Part shown: one piece after another, positions 53,401 to 63,424 of the stretch
How the letters are laid out: each line of letters opens with the position of its first letter
How positions within the stretch are numbered: position 1 is the first letter of the stretch
From: Eledone cirrhosa
Lineage: Eukaryota
Assembly: GCA_964016885.1 (NCBI GenBank)
Contig: OZ024741.1
Coordinates: 302,374,001 to 302,438,000, forward strand
DNA length: 64,000 bases
Direction: 5' to 3'
Notes under the pieces: generated by a model
Database searches by the model: none
What the model was told of the DNA's origin: nothing
The model's input: only the letters and a program-made list of their open reading frames with translations
Program-made: the position numbers and the translations under genes

Positions 53401-54176
53401 AATCTACGAGATTTTGATGTTATTTATTTTAAGAACAATACTTTAACATCAGTATGAATGGCCAGTTACAGCCAGTTTGAACAGAAAGAGGTGAGAGAAT
53501 TCTGGCTGAATACGGCCAGTTTAAATGCTAATGGGTTAAGGATTCATGTATCTGTGTAATACTGAGCCACTTAGGCAATGATGAAAGATGGATTGTGGTT
53601 GTAAATTCAATGAGTTGGGCATGTCATACACAGTGTCACTTTGATTTTGCCTGAGGATTACATTACATGTCTGTTGAATATTTAACCACTTACACTATAA
53701 TTCAATGAGTAAGTTATTCAATTGATCAGAACAACTGGAATATTCATCATTGAAACCGATGGAGATCCATTTATTTTAGATATACATTTTTAATTCACTC
53801 AGCTGGCAAAAATGAGTTGTACCTGTAATTCACAAGAGAAGCCTAGTCACACACTGTCTCCTACATTTAAACCCCTGGTCATATTTCTGTAAGTTCAAAT
53901 GTTGCTACTGATATTGTATTGTGTTCCTGAGCAAGACATAGTTCTGCTTGCCTTAGTTTTCCCTCTCCCAAATCACCGGCCTTGTTCCCATGTCAGAAAC
54001 AATTGTTTAATGAAATGGTTTCTGCTCATTTATTGCAGGACAAAGATGAAGAATTGGAACATCAAAAGAGAAAAGAACATCACATGGAACGGAAGAAGCT
54101 TCGTAGATCTGCTCACACCATTACTCGCAATTTCAAATCAAAACCAAAGTTCTGGATGGGGAAACGGGTTGGATAA
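25263..54176 (+). CDS. NOL10: Nucleolar protein 10 (NOL10/Enp2), WD40 + NUC153; complete, 19 exons, 2127 nt, 708 aa
   Basis: Exons 25263-25328, 27795-27840, 30124-30222, 31874-31989, 32986-33122, 37516-37581, 38509-38569, 40527-40603, 41686-41764, 42867-43016, 44687-44806, 45456-45534, 47048-47175, 49050-49148, 49516-49599, 50985-51173, 51745-52037, 52988-53087, 54039-54176 join in one open frame. MQFSYANEVKIYNLSAGKSLPEWL, GSYKPRVHCYD, LGTAPKWCSFLDSLTEELEE, VYDDYKFVT, LRAYMHGYFMD and RKKLRRSA match recalled human NOL10. Confidence 0.97.
27795..27840 (+). CDS. NOL10: NOL10 exon 2
   Basis: ccag|TGG..G|gtatgt; WLTDRKKRQLQKNDL. Confidence 0.93.
28190..30010 (-). mobile_element. Decayed RTE LINE in NOL10 intron 2
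   Basis: Remnants IPNDWSNCTIINCNKGKGDALESSNYREIKL and QGSVLSSLL..LLYVDD, with frameshifts. Confidence 0.88.
30124..30222 (+). CDS. NOL10: NOL10 exon 3
   Basis: VRQRIELIQDLEMPSLSSTISITPDGKHIYVT; ag/gt boundaries. Confidence 0.93.
31874..31989 (+). CDS. NOL10: NOL10 exon 4
   Basis: SYKPRVHCYDLTNLSMKFERGLDREVLKTKVLSEDFSK; ag/gt boundaries. Confidence 0.94.
32986..33122 (+). CDS. NOL10: NOL10 exon 5
   Basis: LVFLEVNRYVEFHNQAGTYYCTRVPKFGFDMSYHASLCDLFIVGA; ag/gt boundaries. Confidence 0.94.
33595..34491 (-). mobile_element. RTE LINE fragment (second subfamily), open 286-aa ORF
   Basis: [39 protein letters not shown]; lacks the 3'UTR and tail. Confidence 0.93.
34748..36991 (-). mobile_element. 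Non-autonomous Helitron containing a CR1-like LINE
   Basis: Minus strand begins A|TCTCTATATATAAAACCGAGG (36991) and ends CCCGTGCAACGCCAGGTACCACTGCTAG|T (34748): TC...CTAG termini, A^T target, no target duplication. Confidence 0.75.
34968..36310 (-). mobile_element. 5'-truncated CR1/L2-group LINE with an open RT ORF
   Basis: ORF 36171-35080: DVVYLDFAKAFNSVPH, SGVPQGSVLGPLLF, KYADD, VRPHLEFASPVWNPY, TRGHAHK..FFTLRVAEAWNKLP; (TTA)n tail. A solitary 3'UTR relic lies at about 49185-49300. Confidence 0.93.
37516..37581 (+). CDS. NOL10: NOL10 exon 6
   Basis: SQIYRLNLELGRFMLPFQTNS; ag/gt boundaries. Confidence 0.92.
38394..38437. repeat. (TA)n microsatellite
   Basis: Direct reading. Confidence 0.97.
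38509..38569 (+). CDS. NOL10: NOL10 exon 7
   Basis: ASHCCDINTYHELFTCGTRD; ag/gt boundaries. Confidence 0.91.
39490..40249 (+). mobile_element. 5'-truncated RTE LINE, same subfamily as 11161-12822
   Basis: [25 protein letters not shown]; the 3'UTR and (GAT)n tail match the 11161 copy. Confidence 0.93.
40527..40603 (+). CDS. NOL10: NOL10 exon 8
   Basis: GTVECWDPRSKNRVGLLSPNFKEHI; ag/gt boundaries. Confidence 0.92.
41686..41764 (+). CDS. NOL10: NOL10 exon 9
   Basis: VDGKPNVTALKYQDALKFGIGTSSGH; ag/gt boundaries. Confidence 0.92.
42867..43016 (+). CDS. NOL10: NOL10 exon 10
   Basis: VLLYDLRSNKPLLVKDHHYGLPIKSIYFH..LRFWNQHS; ag/gt boundaries. Confidence 0.94.
43861..44141 (+). mobile_element. Short RTE 3' end with a 12-bp target duplication, inserted into a SINE
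   Basis: ATTCTAATATTT at 43849-43860 and 44142-44153; peptide ADLAQLHLSKAMTQDRDLW; (GAT)n tail. Confidence 0.85.
44687..44806 (+). CDS. NOL10: NOL10 exon 11
   Basis: GKAYTAIEPGVPLTDLAVYPNSGMVFLTNEAPKVLVYFLP; ag/gt boundaries. Confidence 0.94.
45456..45534 (+). CDS. NOL10: NOL10 exon 12
   Basis: SLGTAPKWCSFLDSLTEELEESKIET; ag/gt boundaries. Confidence 0.94.
47048..47175 (+). CDS. NOL10: NOL10 exon 13
   Basis: YDDYKFVTRNELEEIGLSHLIGSKMLRAYMHGYFMDTRLYHK; ag/gt boundaries. Confidence 0.95.
47197..47271. repeat. (TTTTC)n microsatellite
   Basis: Direct reading; starts about 20 nt after the NOL10 exon 13 donor. Confidence 0.97.
47338..47686. mobile_element. Tc1/mariner/pogo-like MITE
   Basis: TACTGTACTTCTCAGCATCAAAGATGC...GCATCTTTGACGACAAGATATATGGTA imperfect inverted termini with TA ends. 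Confidence 0.6.
48643..48905 (-). mobile_element. RTE 3'UTR fragment
   Basis: Near-identical to 11161-11420; (CAT)n tail on the plus strand. Confidence 0.9.
49050..49148 (+). CDS. NOL10: NOL10 exon 14
   Basis: AKAINEPFAYDKYKKEKIRETIEKSRTTHVKLQ; ag/gt boundaries. Confidence 0.92.
49516..49599 (+). CDS. NOL10: NOL10 exon 15
   Basis: KLPPINKELAQKLMEDMTEEEKESADAK; ag/gt boundaries. Confidence 0.91.
49628..50175 (-). mobile_element. Decayed RTE LINE 3' fragment
   Basis: Minus-strand remnants of GWKKFRKLLP, RLYDACV, RLRWYGH; 3'UTR similar to that of the 28190 copy. Confidence 0.8.
50985..51173 (+). CDS. NOL10: NOL10 exon 16 (NUC153 motif)
   Basis: LPNLLKDKRFAAMFHNKDFRIIRTSKEFHLISP; ag/gt boundaries. 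Confidence 0.93.
51745..52037 (+). CDS. NOL10: NOL10 exon 17 (acidic/lysine-rich)
   Basis: EEELEGKVSEEESSSDD..KPKFYELKEGDD; ag/gt boundaries. Confidence 0.9.
52988..53087 (+). CDS. NOL10: NOL10 exon 18
   Basis: KSLFERLAETEDVAKVDRDTLSGHMEFSFTLKK; ag/gt boundaries. Confidence 0.9.
54039..54176 (+). CDS. NOL10: NOL10 exon 19 (terminal)
   Basis: DKDEELEHQKRKEHHMERKKLRRSAHTITRNFKSKPKFWMGKRVG*. Confidence 0.92.
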   Translation, partial: DKDEELEHQKRKEHHMERKKLRRSAHTITRNFKSKPKFWMGKRVG

Positions 54177-54309
54177 AACAACAATAACAATAATAATAAT
54201 GGTAAGGGGGTTGGTTATAAATAATAATAATAAAAAGAATTTTTATATTTAATTCCTTCTCTTGGTGTTTTTTTCTATTGCTTTGTCAGGAGAAAGTGCA
54301 GTACCCATG

Positions 54310-54417
54310 ATTCTATTTTTTCAAGTCCTCCAGGGCTGGTGGGTTAGAGGAGGGATGGACTGTATTCTATTTTTTCAAGTCCTTCGGGGCTGGTGGGTTA
54401 GAGGAGGGATGGATTGT
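54310..54417. repeat. 54-bp tandem duplication downstream of the NOL10 stop codon
   Basis: ATTCTATTTTTTCAAGTCCTCCAGGGCTGGTGGGTTAGAGGAGGGATGGACTGT repeated twice with 3 mismatches. Confidence 0.9.
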
Positions 54418-57339
54418 ATCTTCAAAAAAAAAAGAGACATGGCCCAAATGATGCATTCCACAGAATGGAGTGTGTTGGCAGAATCGTTACTGCATCAGAC
54501 AAAATGTCTTGTTGCATTTATTCCTATCATGATAACTTTGCCTTTTATCCTTCTGGGATCGATAAATAAAGTAGCAATCTAGGACAGCAGACTGGCAGAA
54601 CCTTTAGAACCTCTGACAGGATACCTTATTTATTCTGACTTTTTGTGTTCTGAATTCAGATATTGCCATAGCTTACTTGGGTGGTAGGCCTAATCCATTA
54701 CATAGTTTAACACCACCCCTGGCCTATAGGTGCCTTTAGCAGGGGTAACAGTTGCAGAGGCAGTCAGAATATTTAGCCCTATTATATAAGAAATATATTA
54801 AGCCAAAATCAGTTCTATATGAGCAAGACATGGTCACCTGACCTGGCATTGCTCACAATAGGATAACCCATGCTAGTGTGGAAAAATGGATGTTAAACGG
54901 CGATGATGATGATAATTTCTTGCTAGCAGGGAAAGCAGACATTAAATGATGATGATGATAGTTAACAAATCTTGTGAATTAATGAAGCACTGGGAGTGTT
55001 TGAAATTTGAAAATGTGAGTGTTCTAAACACATAAAATAACAAATTGGGTAAATTACCTTTAGAGATGGAAAAAAAAGTAGACAAAGGTGGCTACAATGA
55101 ATCAAATCCTGTGTCTCAAATACCATGCAACTGCATTACCATTACACTAAAGGGCAACTGACACTCTTGTGCCTTTTTTGGGATGCTCTACTGTTTGTAA
55201 ACCTTATGATTCTTTTTTTCATGACTTATAGTTGACAATAACTTGATCAACGTATCATTGTTGTGTAACCTCAGGTCAGCACTAATCCAGCAGTCCTATT
55301 GCACATAGGTAGTTGTTATTGTGTAGTCCTAGGTCAGTTCAAATTTAGCAGTCCTTTAGCTGACAAGTGATCAGCCAAATGACAAGACACTGTTCTTTCA
55401 GTTATACTATTCTTCCACCTAGCTGAAGAACAAACTGGATACTATGACATGCTATAGAAAAAGATAGGATGCAGTGTGACAGTCTTCATGTACTCTATCT
55501 GTTTTCCAGTTCATTTCTGTATCCCCATACATTCTGTTAGTGGCCAGAACAGAGGCAGGCAAGGTAGACTCAGTTCCAAAGAAGTCTCTATGCAGTCACT
55601 TGACCTGCATTAGTTAGCTGCTATATCATGTTCAAATCCTGGACAGAGTAATGTACTGCATAAAAGTAATGAATATAATATGACAGAAAAGAAGACCAGG
55701 TGTTCATGGTATAGCAGTTCCTGTTACTTAATTAGGGCATTAAGTGTTTGCAGTGACAGTATAGTAGCTACATTATAAAGAAATAGAAGAAATGTTCTAG
55801 GAGCTGTTATTTCTTTTGGCAATATGGAAGTACACTTGGAGGAATGTTCCTAGATATATTATGCCTGACAAAAATAAAGATAGGTGACAACTGGAACACC
55901 TTTTATCATGGATCAGTTTAATCAGAGATGATTTGGGGCTAAACTAGATGTGATTCCTGGGCTGGATTGTGTGTGGTGTTCTTAAGCAAAACACTTCATT
56001 TCATTTCATGCTGCTCCAGTATACTCAGCTGAAAATGAGAACCAGCAATAGGTGTGAGTTTAACCCTGCATTGGACTGGCATCCTGTCCAGTGGGAAGTC
56101 TTGTACTGTCAGCCACTTCACTGGCCTGACGATTCTCCTGGCTTGAGATAGACTTAGACTTAGATTATGGAAAATGTAGAATATACTTTTTTTTCTTTTT
56201 GGGGGCTTCAGCAATGCAAATAGGGTATTAAATGTTAAGAATAACAATAATGCCAGCATAAAAACAACACGAGGTATCCTGCTCCAACTTACTTTCTTTA
56301 ACTCTTTAGCATTTAAATCAGCCGTATCCGGCCAGAATTCTCGCACCTATTTCTGTTCAAACCGGCCATAACCAGCTGATCATACTTACTCTAAGGTAAT
56401 GTTCTCAAAATAAATAATATCAAAATATCGTAGATTCAATATTATGTGAGAAAAAGTGTTTACCGTGAAAATATAGTAAATATAGAATAATGTAAATGCT
56501 AATGGGTTAACTCTTCTTTTGATGAAGCAATTTTATCACAAAACATTAAGGAATAATTATACACCTCCAAAATAACATTCCAACAACATTGTTATTAGAA
56601 CGTTGAATGTACTATTTGCATACAAAAGAACTATTTTTATAACATTGTAGTAAATGTAATGTACTGCAGGCATGCTGAATTCGTGCCTAAATTAGAAATT
56701 ACTATTCTCCTTGATCTTGGAGAAAACAGCAACTATCTTCAGAATATAGATTACTTTATTGGAAGATGGAAAGAAAAAAAAAAAATTCAGCTCTACAAAC
56801 TAGGTTTTGATTAAAAAAATATGTATGTCTAACTAATTTCTAAGATTGGTACAAAGCCACACATTTGGGAGGAAAGTATAATAGATTAAAGTGGCATCAG
56901 TACTTTCAGAATGATGAAAGGCAAAGTTGACCTCAGATACATGTGCATTATTCAAATGTATGCACATAGCTCATAACTCCTGATGAAGTCATAGGGCCAC
57001 CATTGTAACATATGGCATATCTTCGCCATTTAAACCTGGTGGAGCCCATCCCTTTCCAGGTCTGAACACAGTCGATTTCTTCAAGAGAGCCAAATATCAC
57101 AAAGAATTTTATCCAACGTTCTAACAACTCTGCCTGCTTGTATAATTTATTTATATATGCAGAAAGAACAGATTCTTTTTCATTTTTTTTTCATCATATC
57201 CAATTTAAGATGTAATTAAAAGCTTTTCTTAATTTTAGTTTAAGATTGCAATCAACCTTCATTTATCAGGAAACTGTATGTCAAGTTATCAATGCATCCA
57301 AATCTGAGGTGATAAATGTTAGCTATGGTGAAGCTGAAT

Positions 57340-58700
57340 TTCTCAACGCATCCATCCTGTCTTGTCTGGTGCTTGGCTAATGCATAAAGGTGCTTCCTGC
57401 ATATGGGAGTGCCTGGAGACCAAGCATGCAGTTCTGTTGAAGATGATGGAGTGGTTGTGCCTCATTGGTGCGCACCTGGCACTCTTCCTCCTGAGGAATT
57501 GCTTTTCCCTTCTTAAATTCTTGTTCATGCTGTGCGGAGCGCCTTGTCACCCTCTCGCAGATTGCTTCAGTGAACTCAATGCCACCATCTGATGCTGTGC
57601 GGAATTCATCTGCAATGTCAGTTTCAATAGCAACAGCTGGCAACAGGCGAAGCTCACTTTTAGGTTCGGTGTCCTCAACCTCCGATCCACATCAGATCTG
57701 GCACTGTCAGCTTACCTCTTCTCCAATCACATCCTCATCAGCGAGGTCTGCAACAAGATGGCAGAACTTTACGTAACCATGACCCAAGAACTGGAGTAGC
57801 CTCTGGCCAACTGGACCAGTGAAGGCCTCTTCATCCCCCAGTATAGAAATGTCGAACGTAATAGGGATGACATCAAGTGCAGGTCTACCTTCAGGTGGAT
57901 TGTGTCTGGCTTGGACCAACACTGCCTCACCTGCTTCTGTTTTGCCTCATGTGACTTAATTTGGTGCCCTCCTCATCAACCAGTACCCTTCTTGATGATG
58001 AGTGCACACGCATCAGAGAGCCCCAACGCCTCAGCATGTGTGAGCCACATAAATGCAATTGTGGAGCTATCTTTGATGAATTCGTCCTGCACCCATTATC
58101 ATGTCAAAGCGCTGACCAGTTCCCCCAACAGGCTGTTCTCAATGACATAACGAGAAGGCGCCTTGACACAATCAGTTTCCTGTCACAACTGGAGCCAGTA
58201 GGCCTCAACTGTGGTGATGGCAAGCAGCCTGACGGAATTAACCTCTTCTCTTTTGAAGGAAGTAAATCCCTCATCTGGGATGCGACATGCTGTGACATGT
58301 TTGCCACCTTCAACTCAGTCACCTGACCACAAACCCCAGTACTGTAGCTTGCAATGCAGAAGACAGGAAGACAATCAAATACTGGAGCTTGTCTGGCCGT
58401 TTCCTCTTTGCGGCAGTTGTTGTTGAGACCTCAGGCATCCTTGGACCCCGGACAGCTGACCTCCATAAAATTGAATTGATAGCAACCTGCCTGAGGAAGG
58501 AGCCCCGTGAGGTGGGATGGGGTGGCCCTAACATAGGTGTAGAGACTGTCAGGCTCTCCAATTCCCCCTTTCTTTCTTCCTTTGTCTAGTTGTCCTTGCA
58601 CTTTCCCTCCTTTTCCTCTCATTACGGCCTTTATAGTCCTTTCCAATACTGATTTATTTTTGTTTAATCAATTTATATCAGCAATAAATTTGTTTTATTA
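57340..58700 (+). mobile_element. Second, older CRE-like retrotransposon fragment
   Basis: LALFLLRNCFSLLKFLFML, ICNVSFNSNSWQQAKL, CEPHKCNCGA..HPLSC..LEPVGLNCGDGKQPDGINLFSFEGSKSLIWDATC, VETSGILGP; AATAAA at about 58683. Confidence 0.82.
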
Positions 58701-58854
58701 AGGTTTAAAAAATGGTATACGAGATATAAGGGTGTATCATATAATTTATCCTTAACTAGAATAATTATAAATATTTCTAATATTGCTTTGTGTAGTCTTT
58801 ATTATTTTACCATTTATTTATACATTTTTAGTTATAATTGTATTATCATTATTA

Positions 58855-61420
58855 CGCGGAGTAAGTTGGTTGAATTTTTATGAGTTATCGAAAGTTCTAT
58901 ATAGTATTTTTTACATCGGTGTGTAGTTAAAGGACCCCTCTTTCAAAGGAGGTGGTTTTTTTTAACTGTATCCCTTGAGGGCTGAATTTGTATTTATTTA
59001 CAATCGTAGCCACCAAATTTTGTTTTAAAAAAAAAACATGGCGGACAAAAAAAATTGTCCACAGGGAAGAACAGCGGGTGGAACAGCCGATTCCATCCAA
59101 TCACAAGGCAAAGTAAAAAACAACAGCAGCAGCAGTAGTACAAATTACAACAAAAACTTCCCTACGTTAGAAAAATCAAACACCACCACTACCCCAATAA
59201 CAATAATAACTGCACCAACGACGGCAACAACAACAAAGACAAAACTAGCGATGAGTCAGCACAAATCAAAACAAACACAACTTTCGCTAAAGCGACAACA
59301 GATTTTGAACAAGTACACATCACCAATGAAGAAATAAAACAAGCAAAGGTCTTGGTTAAAAAGACAGGACACAGGGTAAGTCTCACCCGCCCAGCTGATA
59401 TAATAAAAAACAAGCTTTTGTGTTCGGTCAGTTATCGCACGATCGGAACAAAATCGCGTCGAGTCGAACGGGCAACGGAGTTACAGGTCCAAAGAGCTAT
59501 GGGTGTCGTCTGGGCACAGAAAACATACATAGCCTGGGGATCGAGGTATGGCACTGTGGGTGTGCTCTTCACTACACCAGAAGAAGCCAGAGCACAGTCC
59601 GTTGCGCCACTCCGCAGTGACGAAATTATAATGATGCCTACATAACTGCGGCCAGAGAGTCGTGAGGGTTCGAGTGGCCCAGGTTCCGCCCTCAGTGGAG
59701 ATGGCGTCAAAAGCTTTCGATAGGGTCGACCATCGTTATCTGGCGGCAGTCCTAAGAGCAGCTGGCTTTGGGCCTGTCTTCAGAGGCTGGATTACTGCCA
59801 TGCACAGCGACATCCGCTCTGTGGCGAGACTGAACCGTTCAGCATCATGCGCTCGATCTGCCAAGGATGTCCTCTCTCGTCCTTGTACGTATTGACTCTC
59901 GAGCCGTTACTGCACAAACTGGAGACGTTGTGGAGGATCCCGCGCGAACTAGGACGCGGAAGAACCATGTCAGCATATGCAGACGACGTCACCGTAGTGG
60001 TGTCGAATGCCAAACACATCGAGGCGATCGGCACCACACTAAGAGAATACGAGGTAGTGACATGAGCAATTATCAGCCAGGAAATATCAGTAGGCCTGCA
60101 ACTCGGCACATGGAGAGGCAGGTCCATGCCATCCAACAGCGTCGTCGGGCGCTGGACGGACGGACCGGTTAAATTGCTAGGGGTCTGGTTCGGTCCGGAC
60201 CTCCAGACAGACAAAAACTGGGAGGTGGTCACGAGCAAGGTGCCATCTCTGACTGCACTGGAGCGTTTGCTCTTTCGCTTTTTGTGGAAGGGACGTGCTC
60301 CGATGGTCAGGCGATCCATCTGCTGTCAACACCCGCTACGCGGAGGGCTGGGCATGCCGTGGCTGATGGTGCGCAGACATGCGCTCAGGCTACGACATCT
60401 CCACCTCTTCCTCGACGGTGATCAGGTGTGGTCGCCCTTTTCTAGACACATGTTTCCACAGCTTGTCTCCTTGGCGGAGCTGCAGTCCTGGGTCAAGCGA
60501 AGACCGAGAGGAAGCGCTTGGAGACTGGAATGTCTTCAGGCGCTTACAGCCCTCGACCAGTCGAGCAATACAATCGCTGGAAACTCCACCTTGGCGTTCT
60601 ATAGAGGGTTAGTGGAGGGAAAGAGCAACGACGCCCTTGGGGAGACTCTAGGCGTCGACGAAAACCAACTAGCAATCTCTTCGGGAGAACTTTCGAGCCG
60701 GGGACAACTTCCAGAAATCGCTGGCCTGGCAGTGCTACCGAGGAGCCTTGCCAGTTCGGGATAAACTCTACAGGCATGGAAGTGCCGTCAGCCGGGCCTG
60801 TCCGAGATGCGCGCAGGGCGATGAAACCGTCCTGCAAGCACTCGTCCAGTGTCTGAGCATTGCTGACTTGTGGGTTTATGCCGAACACCTGCTGTCACGT
60901 GTAGAACGGATCCGGCTATCAGCTGAGTCCATCGTGAAAATTGCCCCGCTGCCTTCCTCTAGCCAAGAAGGGTAGGCAGTTATTATCTGCCTGGTGGCCA
61001 TGGTAAAAGAGATTGTATGGTGGACACGTCTGAAAGGGTTGAAGACGGGTACTTTCCTCTTCGGTGACGCCCTCATTAACTTTTTCAGGTTTCACCTGAA
61101 AAGGAAACTCAGGGTGGAGAAGGAACTGCTGACTTCCAGCCAGTTTGTTGAAAGGTGGGTGAGAGAGGCAAGAATGGATCTACTCTGAGCGTCTGCCTGT
61201 AGCATTGTAGGAGGAAAACTGGAAGAGGATATTTGCCCTAGCGGTCAGCGTAACCGTGGCTTTTCTTGTGGGAGGTCTCCCCCTATTGGGGAATGTTTCA
61301 TTGTTTCCTTTTTTGTCACATACTCTGTTTTTTTTTTATACGCAGAAATGCCCATTCGTATTGTCCTGTGTTGTCCTTAATGTTATACTTGTGTCAACCC
61401 TTGTGGTTAATAAAGAAAGC
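58855..61420 (+). mobile_element. Internally deleted L1/Tx1-clade LINE
   Basis: ORF1-like start at 59038; RT motifs KAFDRVDHRYL..GFGPVFRGWI, QGCPLS, AYADDVT, FRFLWKG, RGGLGMP; C-terminal CPRC..ETV..LVQC; AATAAA at 61409. The 5' boundary is tentative. Confidence 0.85.
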
Positions 61421-61551
61421 ATTATCGTTATTAATTTCTGAGGTTATTTCATTTAGAATATATTCAGTATGTAAAATTCAAGGGAGGTAATTAATTTGAT
61501 ACTTATAGATTATGTACCTTAAACAACCTTAGCTTTTATATTAGTAACAAA

Positions 61552-61815
61552 ATGAGCGATCTTGAGATATTATCCGAAAATAAGACTTCAAACACGAAAT
61601 ATAAATTATCTAGGACTGGGGCAACAATACTAGGAGTAACAGGGACTTTAGCAGTGGGTTTCTATGCCGTGGTGACGCCTTTCTTGTCACCCGCTCTTCG
61701 CAGAATATGCCTTCCGTTTGTGCCGGCAACCACAACACAAGTTCAGAATGTGATAAGAGCATTGAAAGGCACAAGTGGTACCCTCCTTGACATTGGAAGT
61801 GGTGACGGTCGTATC
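61552..61815 (+). CDS. ATPSCKMT: ATP synthase c-subunit lysine N-methyltransferase (FAM173B/ATPSCKMT), first coding exon; the gene continues beyond the window
   Basis: TM segment, then PFLSPALRRICLPFVPATTTQVQNV and SAM-binding motif I LLDIGSGDGRI, ending at donor gtaagt (61816). Closer to recalled FAM173B than to FAM173A. Confidence 0.9.
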
Positions 61816-62594
61816 GTAAGTTTACTCTATCTCTTCGTTTTCCGTTTTGCAGTATTATGGTAATTTCTTTATTTATTACATCCATCTACAAAACTTGCGT
61901 TATGGAGTTCTCGAGTGCAGGAATCACAGAAAACGAGTAAGGCCATATTCACCAAATCCCCACCAAACTTTTCAACTAACAAACTTTAAAATTTAAAACA
62001 ACCACCACCCATCACCGAGACAAGTGTAATAATAAGAATTTACTGTATTATTTTCACTAAACATATCTTATCTAGGAAATAATTCATGTTAGTGTAACCC
62101 GTTGCCCGCTTTCTCTTCATTATGAACCTTTAAGAAATGTCTGGATGAAAGAAGTCGACGAAAAAGCTACTATGTCATCATACCTGTTAAAAATAGCATT
62201 CAAAACTCCCTTAAATCACATTCTAGATACACACAACAATTGTCGTCTGCATTTTAGTAAAATGTTGATTATGTAAGTCACGAATTCGAAGGAGCAATGT
62301 GCTCGTTTGAATCTACTCCACTACATGCTGGGTACTTGTTGAATTCTTTACATCAATATATACTAGCAGTGGGCATAGTCCTATTTGAAAGTTCCTTTAA
62401 AAAGTTTATCATTTCCAGACAATGGAAACGTACTTTCTGTTTTTGCTATAAGAACAAAATGTTCTTATTTTGTATAACACTAGCTGCTTATTTTGTGTAT
62501 ATACACTGCCACATGGCTGTGACCGCATTGACGTTCGATTCTGTGTAGGTACGCTGCCAGCGAAAAAGAAAGAGCGAAATGTGGATATAACTAA

Positions 62595-63089
62595 GGAGCG
62601 ACGTTCATACTCAAATCGCCACGCAAAACGTCAAAATGACGTTTTGGACGAGACCCACCCATCCAGTACCGAAAACGTCAAGCGTGACAAAGATGAAAAA
62701 CACTCATAAAAACCCTCAATTGACTTATGGTTAATAATTAGGGATGTTAATCAGTCTTCTTTTGTCGATAAAAAGTTATCACACACACACACACACATAC
62801 ACACATGTTATCAATGGTAAAAAAAAGCTCTATAAAGTTGAACAATGTTTATAAGTTAATTTATCTCAAATGACTTTTAAAAATAGGGGGCAAAGCAAAT
62901 TTTATGGAATTTAAAGCAAGTTTGTTGGGGGGGGCACATAAGGCTAAATAAAATGGCAGAATACGTTGGCTGTTGACAGGCGCGTGTTGGAGGTGAGTCA
63001 AAAAAACGTCACAATCTTTTCTCAAAATCCACCCACCCAAAACGTCATTTTGACGTTTTGCGTGGCAATTTGAGTATGGACGTCGCCCC
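62595..63089. mobile_element. PIF/Harbinger-type (Tourist-like) MITE in ATPSCKMT intron
   Basis: About 52-bp inverted termini GG(A/G)GCGACGT(T/C)CATACTCAAAT(C/T)GCCACGCAAAACGTCAAAATGACGTTTTGG, with TAA on both sides (62592-62594 and 63090-63092). Confidence 0.8.
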
Positions 63090-63424
63090 TAACATAACTG
63101 TTTCTACTTTAGGCACAAGGCCAGCAATATCTGGTACATTACTGGTACTTTATTTTATCGACCCCGTAAGGATGAAAGGCAAAGTTAACCTCGGCGGGAT
63201 TTGAACTCAAACCGTAAAGGGACGTAACAATGATAGAAAGCATGACGTTCAACCCTAACAGTTTTCCTTTTTCTATCTTCCTTGTTCATCATCATCATCA
63301 TCATCATCATTTTACGTCCGCTTTTCCCTGCTTGCAAGGGTGGGACGGGAACTGATTCTGGCTTGATTTCTACAGCTGGATGCACTTCCTAATACCAACC
63401 TCATTTACAGTAAGTATATATATA

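Noticed and set aside
57377-57922. Minus-strand ORFs suggesting a separate gene or an inversion
   Set aside because: The plus strand carries collinear CRE-like motifs, so these are shadow frames
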